Part shown: positions 46,469 to 61,768 of the stretch, piece by piece | How the letters are laid out: each line of letters begins with the position of its first letter | How positions within the stretch are numbered: position 1 is the first letter of the stretch | From: the human T2T-CHM13v2.0 reference genome, Homo sapiens | DNA length: 64,000 nt | Assembly: GCF_009914755.1 (NCBI RefSeq) | Contig: NC_060939.1 | Direction: 5' to 3' (one strand) | Notes under the pieces: model-generated | Databases searched by the model: none | What the model was told of the DNA's origin: nothing | What the model saw: only the letters and a program-made list of their open reading frames with translations | Made by a program: the position numbers and the translations under genes

Positions 46469-46483
46469 TCAGCTCTGGGCCAT
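46469..46483 (-). other. 4-codon upstream ORF (MAQS*) in frame with the TJP1 CDS
   Basis: ATG GCC CAG AGC TGA TCT ATG read directly on the minus strand. Translation is untested. Confidence 0.6.
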
Positions 46484-47160
46484 CCGCCGCCACCACAGCT
46501 CCCACCGCTCCCGCGCCCGCCGCACCCGCAGCTGCGGCCGTGCGTGGCCCGGGCTCCCGCTCCCGCCGCCGCCGTCGCCGTGCGTGCCCGGCCGCTCCCG
46601 CCGCCGCCGCCGTGCGTGGCCCGCAGCTCCCGCCGCCGCCGCCCCTTCCACCCCTGCAGGCCGTGGCCCGGCGGCGCGCTCCGGTGGGCGGGTGCGGGTC
46701 TCGCGGGAGGCCGGGCTGGCTTGGCCCCCGCTCCGGAGCCGCTGGGCGAGGCCGGGCCACCTGCGCGCCGGCCGCCCTGCCCAGGCCCTGCGCCCGCGTG
46801 CCGCGGTGTTTTCAGCGGCTGGCAGGAGCTCCTTCTCAACCGTTAGCACCCAAAGAGAATCCCAACAGCACACTTCCAGCGCGGATTAAAACAAACAAAC
46901 AAACAACAACAACAACAAAAACGAGACGCTGCCTGTTGGTTTGTAACTATCAATTGATGTGTTCTATCCCAAAGTGGTTGACTTCACATTGACATATAAT
47001 GCATATGGCGAATACGTACTACACGCGCATGCAGTCCTCGCTTGCACGGTAATTCTGGACGCTGGAAATGACTGAACCATGCAAAACTACCTTAATAATC
47101 ACTGGGAAAAATTAAGATTGTTTCACGACTTTAAACAGTTTTTCTCAAAACATTCAAAGC

Positions 47161-47470
47161 AGTCCGGGCACGGTGGCTCACGCCTGTAATCCCAGCACTT
47201 TGGGAGGCCCAGACGGGAAGATGGCATGAGCCCAGGAGTTCGAGACCAGCCCTGGGCAACACAGTGAGACCCGGTCTCTACAAAATAAAAAAAAAAAATT
47301 AGCCAGGCGTGGTGGTGTGCACCTGTAGTCCCAGCTTCTCAGGAGAATGAGGGGGGAGAATCACTTGAGCCCCGGAAGCCGAGGTTGCAGTGAGCCAAGG
47401 TCGCACCACAGCACTCCAGCCTGGGTGACAGAGCAAGTCCTTGTCTTGGAAAGAACAAACAACAACAAAA
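47161..47470 (+). mobile_element. AluJ
   Basis: Dimer, flanked by cattcaaa. Confidence 0.88.
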
Positions 47471-48259
47471 GAACCATTCAAAACTCGCTTAACTGATGGT
47501 TACAAATACCCTGTATATGGAAATGAAAAAAAATCAGTTTAAAACATTCAAACATTGAGAATTAAAGTATTTTTTGTGTTTGTAAAAATAAAGCTTATTA
47601 AGAATAACTTGAACAGTGCTTGTCTTCTTCTAGTGTAACTCTTATATACCACCTTTTCTGTACTTTAGCAAAACATCACATTTGGATTACACGCAAGTAT
47701 TTTATCCTTTGCACTTCCAATGCCATGCAATGTCTCAGAGAGTTCCTTTAATGTAAAATGTTTTTGTGGACCTCATTTCCTCCGGGACATCCTCATCCTT
47801 TTAGTCACAGCCATTTTCCTCATTCAGTGTGCTTTGAGTAAGTTTCACTGACTGCATATCTAGTCTCTGGAAAGTCAGCACTCCCACAGTTGTCTATTTC
47901 TTCTATAGTACTTCATTTGCATTCAATTTGAATTTCACTTCAATTCCATCTTTACCATTTTTTTATTTCTTTGCTGCACTTTCATCTTTGTTGACCAATT
48001 CCCTTTCAATTATTCATTTTTATACAATGCTGTGTGAGTTTAACACTTGGAGAAAAGGAAGCAACACAATTGCACACTTTGCTGCCAGTGCCTAAACTAA
48101 CAGTGCAATGACCCGTCACTGACAGATTTTGAAAGAACTGCTGTGATTGGTCACTGGTTGTTATGGACATCTATTGTTTACATAGGGTTTTGTGGACTAA
48201 AGAGCTAGAAGCAAAGATTGTACTATGTTTGTTCACAGCTAAAATAGCATGATAACTAA

Positions 48260-48590
<331 letters not shown>

Positions 48591-51429
48591 TAAAATTTCA
48601 ACCATATTGTTGAGATACTGGTGTTATTTAACTAAATAGCTGACATCAGTCATATCTGAACCTGCAAAGCAAAGGATGCCTATTTGGATATATGCATACT
48701 ATATATATGTGTGTATATATAGTATATATGAAGAGTACCAATAATAAGCACCTATGCATCCACCAGGCAGAAGTGTTAACCCCCTCCCTCCACAGTTTAT
48801 CCCTCCTGCACCTCTATTTAAATACTTCATCTTCAAATTAATTAGCACATAAGATTAAAACAACACAATCTTCCTGGGGTTTGGGTTCCCAACATGATTT
48901 CACAGTCACTTAGGTAGGAAAGCAGGTCTAAATATTTCACTTTCATTTACCCAGAAATTTTAGCTCTCACATAAAATGAGGAATTGGCAGGTTTTTGACA
49001 CTTCGGTTGTATACTCCCCTGGGGAGAGGACATCCTTGGAGCAGAACTTTTAAGAAACATCAAGGCCTGTTTTTATATACTCACCATGTCAAATATATGT
49101 TTGGCCTTTTGCATTACTTTGTCATAATAATTGTAAGATATTTGATGAAAATACTACACTGTGCTCAAAGATTTAGGCACCTGGAAGCTGAGGGACCTAT
49201 TCAGGATAATAAGCAATAAAAATAAATCTGGGAGAAGCACTTCTAGAGTGGTAGAAAATCTGCTTCTCCATAAAAGGGAGTACACTGGCAAAAATAGTTA
49301 AAACCAACTCCAGAAATTAACCAAACACAACAATCCAAGGAGTATTTATTAAAGAAAAATTACTGAATCTTGGTGAGTACAGTGAGCTTTAGGGCATTTT
49401 GATCTGCCCAATTCTCAACTACTTCTCTCCAGCTCTACAGTAGCCTAGTAAGCCAACAGCCTCACAACTACAGTAGCTTTGAAAACCATCCAGCAGCCAC
49501 TGGATGGGGCAGAATAGGTTTAGATCTTCTCAAAAGCCCCATACTAAGTAAACTGTCATTATTTGACCTGTCTGGAAGCACCTTGAAAAGTTCCATTCTC
49601 AGGGTTTGTCTTTATTTGACCTGGTTCAGAACTTGCTCTGTGCAAACAGCCCTATCCCTGGTGCATTTGTTGAAAACAATCAGTTGCAACTGTTTAACAT
49701 CACAGATACCTGCGGTGGTGAAACTGTTTGGTACTAACAAGAAGCTAACCAAAAAAGTTAAAAAAAAATGGGCAATAAGAGTCCATATAGTTCCTTGAAA
49801 AGCTCTGACATATACCTAGGAATCCAGAATTTCATGCAGGACATGCATGTACATGCAGGACTGTGAACACACCCAAAAAACACCTAAGAAGACTCTAATC
49901 TCTCACCTCTGTCTGACCTTGAGTTTCAGTACAATGCAGAAAATAAAGGCTAAGGAAGAATCGTAAACTACCTACCACAATGTGCAAGGCATGCCCCAGC
50001 ACACACAGCCTCTCAGCAAAAGCTAGGGGATTTATTGGCTCAAAGCATTTAAGAAAATATCCATTCAATCATTAGCTAAGCACTAAACTATCCAAGCAGA
50101 GACTCTAATGGCTGCACACAACAAACAATACAGACTTTATAGATTAGTCCAGCAAAGTCACTAAACCAGCAACAAACCTCAGTGGAGAGGAGGGGATATG
50201 ATTTCTAGAGTTGTCACATTACATTGTTCAAAACATCCAGATCTCAACAAAAAAGTTCACAACATCCAAAGAAACAAAATTATGGCCTATATGCAGGAAA
50301 AAGCAGTTAATAGAAACCATTCCTGAGGAATCCCAGGCATTGGACTTACTGAACAAAGACTTTAAATCAGCCATTATGAATATGTTCACAGAACTAAAGG
50401 AAACCATGTCTAATGAACTAAAGGAAAATGTGAGAATGATGTCTTACTAAATAGATAATATCAATAAACAGAAGTTTTAAAAAATAGAAACTCTGGAGTT
50501 GAAAAGTACAAAGAGTGAGATGAAAAAATTCTCTAGAGGAGCTCAATAACAACATATATGAACTGGTAGAAGCAAAAGGCAGTGAACTTGGAGATAGCTC
50601 AATTGAAATTATCCAGGCTGAGAAACAGAAAGAAAAAAGAATGAAGAAAATGAACAAATTCTCAGAGACTTATGGGAAACCATGAGTTTATGTGTATATT
50701 AACATGCACATAAAGTCCCAGAAGGAAAGGATAGAGAGAAAGGAATACAAAGAATATTTGAAGAAATAGCCTGCCCAGACTTTATGAAAAACAGTAATCT
50801 GCCATCCAAGGAGCTCAAAAAACTTGAAGTAGTGACCTAGACACATAATAGTCAAACTGTTGAAAGCCAAAGATGATGAGAAAATTTTGAAAGCAGCAAA
50901 AGAAAAACAACTCATCACACACAAAGGATCCTCAATAAGCTTAATAGCTGACTTCTCATCATAAATCATGAAGGTCAGAAGGTGGTGGGAAGACATCATA
51001 TTTAAAGGGTGGAAGGAAAAATATCCTTCAAAAATGAAAGAGAAATTATGGCATTCCAGGTAAACAGAAAGTGAATGAAATCATCACTAGCAGACATGCA
51101 CTATTACCAAAGGGAACCTTGCAGGCTGAAATGAAAGAATATTAGAAATTTAAATCCACATAAAGAAAATAAGAGCAGTGATTCTGATAACTACACAATT
51201 GAATATAAAAAATTATTTTAATTTTTAAAATTAAAAAATTTTAAATTAAAAAATCTGAACACTCTGATTTAAAACACAACTGCATAAAACAATGGCTATG
51301 AGCTGTGTCGATAGGCTTTTAATGTATAAACATACAATTTGTTTGACAATCATATTACAAAGATAAGAGGGACAGAGTGGATGTATACTGGAGCATAGTT
51401 TTGGCATGCTATTGAAATTAAGGCAAGTC

Positions 51430-52113
<684 letters not shown>

Positions 52114-52704
52114 TTAAGTTAAGAAGCTAATTGTAATCCCCGGGATGACTATTAAGAAAATGATTTTTTCAAAATGTTATACAAGAAATAACAAGGAAAT
52201 TAAAATGATACAGTAGAGAATATATAGCACAAAAGAAAACAGTAACAGAAGAATAGAACAAAACAAGATATAAGACATATAGAAAGCAAATAGCAAAATG
52301 GCAGACATAAATTCTACCTTACCACTAATTACATTAAAGGTAAATGTACTAAGCATTCCCATCAAAAGACAGAGATTGGTAAAATGGATCTTAAATAAAT
52401 GTATAACCTAATCTTTCACTTTGAGCAACTAGAAAGAGGAGCAGAATAAACTCAAAGCAAGGAAAAGGAAGGAAATAAGGATTAAGAGTAGAAATAAATG
52501 AAATGATGAATAAAAAAACAGAGAAAATCAGCAAAACCAAAAGTTGGTTCTTAGGAAGTATTAAATATCAATAAAGATGACAAACCTTCAGCTAGACTGA
52601 CCAAGTGAGAGAGAGAACTCAAATTACTAAATTTGGACTGAAAGAGGGGACATTACTACCAACCTTGCAGAAACAAAAGTGATTATAAGGAGTATACTAA
52701 ATTA

Positions 52705-52970
<266 letters not shown>

Positions 52971-53481
52971 ACCTACCTACGTGAATTAGAAAACTTTCTA
53001 GAAAGACCAACCTACTGAAATTGACTCAAGAAGAAACAGAAAATCAAATAGAAGTATAACAAGCAAAGAGATTAAATTGGTAAGAAGGAAAACTTCCCAC
53101 CAAGAAAAAATGGCTTTATCAGTTTTGTTCACTCCTTTATCTCCTGCACCCAGAACAGTGCCTGGTGTATCATAAGCAACCAATAAATATTTGTTGAACT
53201 TGAGACAGGATGTTAATATAAAGTGAAAGACTTCATGACTTGTCATAAGGCATATCATTTTTCTAAAGAACAGAGTTTTGCATGCAATGTAGATAAATAT
53301 TACAGCTGGAAAATTGACATCATTTTATGTAGTCAAAGAAATAAAAATTCGCTATTAGTTCTCAGATGATAGTTAATGCTTCAAAGGAAAATGTGGGAGC
53401 TGCTACTATTGGCACTATGCAAGGTCCAAGGTAGTGTTTTTCCAACCTGCCTCCCAGTGAATACAACCTCAAGGGTTATAG

Positions 53482-53877
<396 letters not shown>

Positions 53878-53889
53878 TAGTGGCACAGT

Positions 53890-53960
53890 ACACACAGACA
53901 CATACAGGCGTACACACAGACACATACAGACACACACACACACACACACATACACACACA
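53890..53960. repeat. Imperfect (CA)n microsatellite
   Basis: Seen directly. Confidence 0.9.
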
Positions 53961-54419
53961 ACTGAAGCAAAAGCTTCTGAAAACAATATTTTACCTTACT
54001 ACCTGGGTTGAACTTTTCTGTTCTCTTCTACAGCAAGCCACTCTACATCCTTAGCATTTTGTTGGAACATTCTCATCAGCTCCTATCTTTGCTTGAAGCT
54101 GGACTGTCCCCCAATTCAGCTGCCCTCGGCAGCCCTCAGTGCCCCAATGCTGCCCTCGGCAGCCCTCGACAGGAGGTGTTTTATCTCTTGCACCCCACAT
54201 GTCTAAAGGCCAGAGGTTGGGGTAAGTTTCTTCCTTGTTGGTCCTGCCCCTTCTAAACCATTCCTTGCTCTTTCTCATGCCCAAACCAAACCAAACAACC
54301 AAAAAAAACTAAAAACTGGCTGCCCTGAAGTTTATGCCCTTAAAGGATATTACCTACCCCTTTCCCCTCTTCTTTATTGTCGTTTACTGCCTTCCTCTCC
54401 ACTTTTATTCCTGGCATAA

Positions 54420-54719
54420 TTTTTTTTTTTTTTTTTTTGATACGGAGTCTCGGTCTGTCGCCCAGGCCGGACTGCAGTGGCCCGATCTCGGTTCACTGCA
54501 AGCTCCGCCTCCCGAGTTCACGCCATTCTCTTGCCTCAGCCTCCCGAGTAGCTGGGATTACAGGCGCCCACCACCACGCCCGGCTAATTTTTTGTATTTT
54601 TGGTAGAGACGGGGTTTCACCGTGTTAGCCAGGATGGTCTCCATCTCCTGACATCGTGATCCACCTGCCTCGGCCTCCCAAAGTGCTGGGATTACAGGCG
54701 TGAGCCACCGCACCCGGCC
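54420..54719 (-). mobile_element. AluY-lineage element (CAGTCCGG variant)
   Basis: CpG-rich antisense dimer, TSD cctggcataa. Confidence 0.92.
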
Positions 54720-55271
54720 CCTGGCATAAGTTTGAATGATTTCAACATCCATGTGGGTGGACCATCCAATGCTCTTGCCTCTCAGTTCCTTGGTCCCATC
54801 TCTTCTAGAGATCTTTTCCCTATTCTACTTCAGCCTTGCACTTGTGTGGTCATACCTTAAGCCTGGGCTCACAAACTCAAATGCCAGTAGGGTAAGGCCC
54901 TTACTACCAATGAGTGAAGAAGGCCAGATGTTAGTCAGCAGAAAATAGTGGAAGCTGTGACCTCCCTGCCTGGTGCTACAGTTCTCTTTTAGAAAGGAGT
55001 GACCGCCACTCAGCTGCAGCCAGCTGTCATGTGGAAATGCTAGACCAGGATTTCCACATCTTCCAATTCATGGAAACACAGGTTGTCATGTGCTATCTCC
55101 CAAATTTTACATATTGGCAATAATATGGACTTTCAGTCTAAATATTGTGACATTAAAAAACATTTCCCCTCTTAAAAATCAGCTCAAAAGAAGAAAAAAA
55201 AAAGGGAAAATTAAATTATATCTTCCTTGAAACGTGGAGATATTCCAGAAGTTAGAAAACAGTGAAGATTT

Positions 55272-55567
55272 GGCCGGACGCAGTGGCTCACGCCTGTAAT
55301 CCCAGCACTTTGGGAGGCCGAGGTGGGCGGATCACGAGGTCAGGAGATCGAGACCATCCTGGCTAACACGGTGAAACCCCGTCTCTACTAAAATACAAAA
55401 ACAAAATTAGCTGGACGCGGTGGCGGGCGCCTGTAGTCCCAGCTACTCGGGAGGCTGAGGAGAGAGAATGGCGTGAACTCGGGAGGCGGAGCTTGCAGTG
55501 AGCCGAGATCGCGCCACTGCCCTCCAGTCTGGGCGACAGAGCGAGACTCTGTCTCAAATAAAAAAAA
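55272..55567 (+). mobile_element. AluY
   Basis: CpG-rich dimer, TSD agaaaacagtgaagat. Confidence 0.92.
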
Positions 55568-56357
55568 GAAAAGAAAACAGTGAAGATATGGTAAGTGACT
55601 TAGCAGAAGGGAGGGGACCAACCTCAGTGACTATCCAGGGCAATGCCATGAAGAAACAAGCTCATTGCATTGCAGAAGCACGGAAATATTCAGGAATGAA
55701 TTGGAGGCTCCAGGTACCACAAAAGATAGATGGGAATGGAAGGAGGTGGCAGGCACTGAAAATAGGAGATTGATCTAAAATGTGGAATAGGAAACACTTA
55801 TTACCCCGGTATCCTCTCTCATTTCAGCGGAAATGGAAGTATATTCTCAGGAGAAGAACTAGAGAGTGGCATTAGGTACAATAGACTGAAAAGAAAAGGT
55901 TACAGGAAAGTTGTATATGGAGTGATGAGATGCTAAGCTCCTTTCTGCCACCCAGATGCAGAATGCTAGCAACCTCAGACAAGAGATTTACGTATCTTCC
56001 CATGTAGACCGTTACAATTTTTTGTTAAATCCATAGATTTCATTGTTGTGACTGTTTAAACATTGTTTAGTACCGAACCTAGTATTGTCCCGTGATTATA
56101 TTTTCCTGCCTTATACAATTTCTTATTTTACCTGGAGTTAATAATTGCCTTGTTTTCAACTTGTTGTTTTCCTAAAACTCATGACTAAGTGTTCCCACAT
56201 CCGCAAGAGTAATGTCAAATGCCTGCAATACAGTTTTCCACACACTCAAACCAGACAGAGAGTCTACCCATTTCAGTTTTTCTTGGACTCAGCCCTCTGA
56301 AGCCCTCCATCCTGCTGCTCCTATCTGTACAGATGTGCTCTCCGGGTTTCTGCCCAG

Positions 56358-56359
<2 letters not shown>

Positions 56360-56392
<33 letters not shown>

Positions 56393-56915
56393 GAGAGAGA
56401 GAGAGAGAGGAAAGAGAGAGAGAGAGTAAGAAAGAGCTGTTTATTTTAAGGAATTGGCACATGTGATTATCCTCTCTGTACAGATGTGCTCTCCGGGGCT
56501 TGTGCCCAGTTCAGAGAGAGAGAGAAAGAGAGAGAGAGAGGAAAGGGGGAGCGGGGAGAGAGAGAGAAGAAAGAGAGAGAGAGAGGAAAGAGAGAGAGAG
56601 AGAATAAGAAAGCTGTTTATTTTAAGTAATTGGTGCATGTGATCATGGAGGCTTGCGAAATACAAAACATGCAGGGTAGCTGGCAGGCTGGAGACCCAGA
56701 GAAAAGTTGTAGTTTGAGTCCAAAGGCAGTCGGTTGGTGTCAGAAATTTTCTTGCTCAGAAGACGTTAGTAGTTTTATTCTATTAAGGTCTTCAACTGAT
56801 TGGATAAGGCCCACCCACATTATGGATGGTAGTCTGCTTTACTCAAAATCCACCAATTAAATGTTAATCACATCTAAAAATTGTCTTCACAGAAACATCC
56901 AGAATAATGTTTGAT
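56360..56915 (-). mobile_element. MLT2 (ERVL) LTR fragment with (GA)n, boundary tandemly duplicated
   Basis: tttattttaaggaattgg...ggctggagacccag...ggcccacccacattatgga...cagaaacatccagaataatgtttga. Confidence 0.8.
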
Positions 56916-57094
56916 CCACCAGGTAGGTTTGAGAAACAAGGAATGAAGAGTAAAGAAAGTGGTAAATATGTGGATGAATCTAAGCAAATACTGATAAAAA
57001 AATAATAATAACAATGTCTTAATGGGTTAAAAAGAATAATTAAAATACATAGAATAATAGTTCATAAGTTGGGAATTAAGTAAAAAGAATTAAA

Positions 57095-57400
57095 GTTTTT
57101 TTTTTTTTTTTGTGGTGGGGACAGGTTTTCACTCTTGTTGCCCAGGCTGGAGTGCAATGGCGTGATCTCGGCTCATTGCAACCTCAGCCTCCTGGGTCAA
57201 GTGATTCTCCTGCCTCAGCCTCCCAAGTAGCTGGGATTATAGGTACCCACCACCCCTCCCAGCTAATTTTTTTGTATTTTTAGTAGAGATAGGGTTTCAC
57301 CATGTTGAGCAGGCTGGTCTTGAAATTCTGACCTCAGCTGATCCACCCGCCTCGGCATCCCAAAGAGCTGGGATTACAGGTGTGAGCCACCACACCCGGT
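57095..57400 (-). mobile_element. AluS
   Basis: Antisense dimer. Confidence 0.9.
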
Positions 57401-57636
57401 CTAGTGTTCTTTCTTTTATTATGAGGAGAAAGTTAAAGGATCTGTTAACTTTAGACTTGATTATATTAAGTGATCATATTATAATTTCTAAGGCAACTAC
57501 TAAAAGAAATGAACAATGCATAGCTTTTGAACTATTTAAAGGGGAAAACATTGAAATGATTAAAATACTCAGTATATCAAAAATAAAGTAAAAAAGGAGA
57601 AAAGAAAAAACATGGAATGGGTGTGTCAAATAGAAA

Positions 57637-58014
<378 letters not shown>

Positions 58015-59018
58015 TTAACAATGTAGTGTTAATTACATTTCATGTAAATAAACTAAACGCTCCAGTTAAAAGATTTTCAGACTTGATAAAGACAAATTCT
58101 ATCTCCATGTTATGTACAAGAAACATGTTTTAGAATTATAAAGATATAGAAAAGTTAAAAGGTAAAAGGTTATATAAGATATACCAAAAAAGCCTAAGCC
58201 AAAGGAAACTAGTATAGCTATATTAAGAAAGATATGGTTTTAAAGAAAATAAAATTACAATAAAAAATCAGTGAAGACACAAAAGGTTTGAATAAGATAA
58301 TATGATTGACATAGTGAGATCTCCACCTAACTACTGCAGAATATATATATATCAAACATACAGAAAAATTATTAAATACAAATGAACAAATAAAAGCAAG
58401 TCTCAATACATTTCAAAGGTTTAAAATCATACAATGTGTGTTCTTAGATTATAAGACAAGCCAGAAATCAGCAAAAATTCGAATGAGAAAAATTAATATG
58501 TTAGGGATTAAAAGACAATCATGCTTCAAAACAAAATTGTAAAAATGTTAGAACATATTTTGAACAGAATTATAGCAAAATATTGCATATAAAATTTATG
58601 ACATAATTTCAAAATAAGTATATTCAGAGAATCTAAAAATTAATTAAGTAAACATTCATCTCAAGAAGTTAGATATGCATGAGCAAGAAGGAAATAATGA
58701 AGATAAAAGGAGAAGTCTTTGAAATAGAAAGCAAATATATAATAGATTCGACAAAGCCAAATGCTGCTTCATTGATTTTAACAAAATTAAAATATCTGTC
58801 AAGAAGTATTAAAAAAAAATTAGAAGGCACAAATAGTCAATATGTAGAAACAGAAAAGAGACACACTTAGGTATATTTCAGATATTTAAAAGATAATACA
58901 AGGTTAATATGAACTGGAAAAATTTAGACAAAATGGATAATCTTCTAATAAATATATAACCCACCAAAGTTTATTCAGGAAGAAATAGGAAATCTATAAT
59001 AAGAGATAGGAAATTTTA

Positions 59019-59162
59019 CAATTATGGTGCCCATACACCCCATTTTGCCCAGGACAGTCCCAGTTTATATCTATTATGGATTAATGTCCATTAATTATTT
59101 TCATAACCCCTTTAATTCTCAAAAGCGCTCCAGTTTGGAGGATAAGCCATATGGTCATCCTG
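59019..59162. mobile_element. hAT-Blackjack MITE (MER81/MER94-like)
   Basis: TIR-like tggtgcccata / tatggtcatcct and ttgcccaggacagtccc core. Confidence 0.5.
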
Positions 59163-59559
59163 CCTGTTTATAATAATTAGAGTAACTAAATCCGTAGTCC
59201 GAAATGTTCCGCAAATGTTCCTCCTAAAACCATTCCAGGCCTCAATTCACCAACCAGTTCTACCAAACATTCATGGAAGAAATAATTTCAATCTTAGCCA
59301 AACTCTTTCACAAAATAGAAAAAGAGGAAATTTTTCCTGACTCTTAAGACTAGTGTAACCTTATTACTAAAATGTGGCAAAGACAGTACATGAAAAGAAG
59401 ATTACAGGCAATGTCAAGCACGAACACAGACACAAAACTCGTAATCCAAATATTTGCAAACTGAATTTAGCAGTATCTAAAGGGATAATAAATTATGACC
59501 AAGTTGGCAATATCCCAGGAATTCAAAATTGGTTTTATGTTAGAAAATAAACTAAAATA

Positions 59560-59852
59560 GGCCGGGCCTGGTGGCTAACACCTGTAATTCCAATGCTTTG
59601 GGAGGCCGAGATGGGAGGACCACTTGAAGAGTTTGAGACCAACTTGGGCAACATAACAAGATTCCCTCTTTACAAAAATAAGAATAATAACAAAAGCTGG
59701 ATGCAGTGTGTGTGCCTATACTCCTAGCTACTCAGGAGACTGAGGTGAGAGGACTACTAGAGCCCAGGAGTTCGAGGCTGCAGTGAGCTATTATTGTGCC
59801 ACTGCACTCCAGCTCGGGCAACAGAGTGAGAAACTGTCTCTAAAAAAAAAAA
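59560..59852 (+). mobile_element. AluJ
   Basis: Dimer, TSD aactaaaata. Confidence 0.88.
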
Positions 59853-60471
59853 TCAACTAAAATAATTCACCATGTTACCACATTACCACATTAGAGAAGA
59901 AAAATCATAACATCTTCTCAATAGATATGGAAAAAAGCATTTCATAAAATTCAGCATACATTCATGATTTAAAACCTCTTATCAGAGTGAGAATACAAAG
60001 GAACTTCCTTGATAGTTATCTTCAAAAATCATACAGCACATCTCACTCTTAATGGTGATATTAGGTGGAGATCAGGGCAACACAAGCTTCCTACTATCAT
60101 TGCCTCTATTTGATATTGTGATGGTGGTCCCAGCCAATAAAGTAAGAAAAAGATTGTGTAAGAACTAGAAAGGAAGGAACAAAACTGCCATTATTAGTGA
60201 CGAATATGCTTATGTAATAGAAAATTTTAATTAAAACTACATATATTATTATTAGAATTAATGAGAGATGAACAACTTTTCTGGATATGAAAAATCAAAA
60301 TTGCCTTTCTTTACATCAGCATCAAAGCACTGGAAAATGGAAAAAAAATATACATTTACAATAGTGTCAAAACATATAATGTACCTAGGAAGAAAATCTA
60401 ACAAAAATGTTATGGAGAAAACAATAAACCTTTATTGAGAGATATCAAAGAAACTATAATGGACAAATATA

Positions 60472-61013
60472 TAGTAGTCCCCCCTTGCCCATAGTGGATA
60501 CGTTCCAAGACCCCCAATGGATGCCTGAAACTGCAGATAGTACTGAACCCTATATACACTGTTTTCTCCTATACACACAAACCTAGGATTAATTTGTAAT
60601 TTAGGCACAGCAGAGACTAAAACAACTAAAAATAAAATAAAACAATTATGACAATGTGCCAGCATTATTACTCTTTCACTTTAGGGCCATTATTAAATAA
60701 GATAAGGATTCCTTCAACACAAGCACTGCAATACTGCGACAGTCGGTATTGAAAACTGAGATGGCTGCTAAGTGACTGATGGATGGGGGGCTTGTATAGC
60801 CGTGGGTGCTCTGGGCAAAGGGATGACTCATATTCTGGGCTATGCAGAGCAGGACAGTATGAGATTTCATCCCCCCCAGTCAGAACGGTGCACGATTTAA
60901 AACTTATGAATTGTTTATTTCTGGTGAATTTTCCATTTAATATTTTGGGACTGTGACTGACCAAAAGTAACAGAAACTTTGGAAGCAAAATAGTGGATAA
61001 GGGGAGACTACTG
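60472..61013 (-). mobile_element. MER44B (Tigger7-derived) MITE
   Basis: TIRs (t)agtagtcccccctt / aaggggagactactg, TA flanks, interior matches recalled consensus. Confidence 0.85.
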
Positions 61014-61163
61014 TAACAAGTTTCTGGATTAGAAGATTCAATATTGTAAGCATATCAGAATTTTCCAAATCAACCCATAGATTCAGTGCAAACACACCAA
61101 ACACATAATCGTTTAAGTTATTGAGCTTGGCAAACTGATTCTGACGTTAAAATGGACTGATAG

Positions 61164-61768
<605 letters not shown>

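Larger units (their letters stand above)
45950..46890. promoter_or_regulatory. TJP1: CpG island / distal promoter and 5'UTR of TJP1
   Basis: About 900 bp of very GC- and CpG-rich sequence with GC boxes (CCCCGCCC) and CCG runs, against an AT-rich background. It contains exon 1. The exact TSS cannot be determined from sequence. Confidence 0.9.

Noticed and set aside
45722-46992. Multiple long overlapping ORFs (115-280 aa) on both strands in the CpG island
   Set aside because: Stop codons are rare in very GC-rich DNA and the peptides are low-complexity A/R/P/G. Only the frame that splices correctly to exon 2 is supported.
47021-47035. NRF1-like cgcgcatgca
   Set aside because: Imperfect match that overlaps the Tigger TIR; insufficient on its own.
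50211-50999. L1 ORF1-like peptides
   Set aside because: Fragmented by stops and frameshifts; a dead element.
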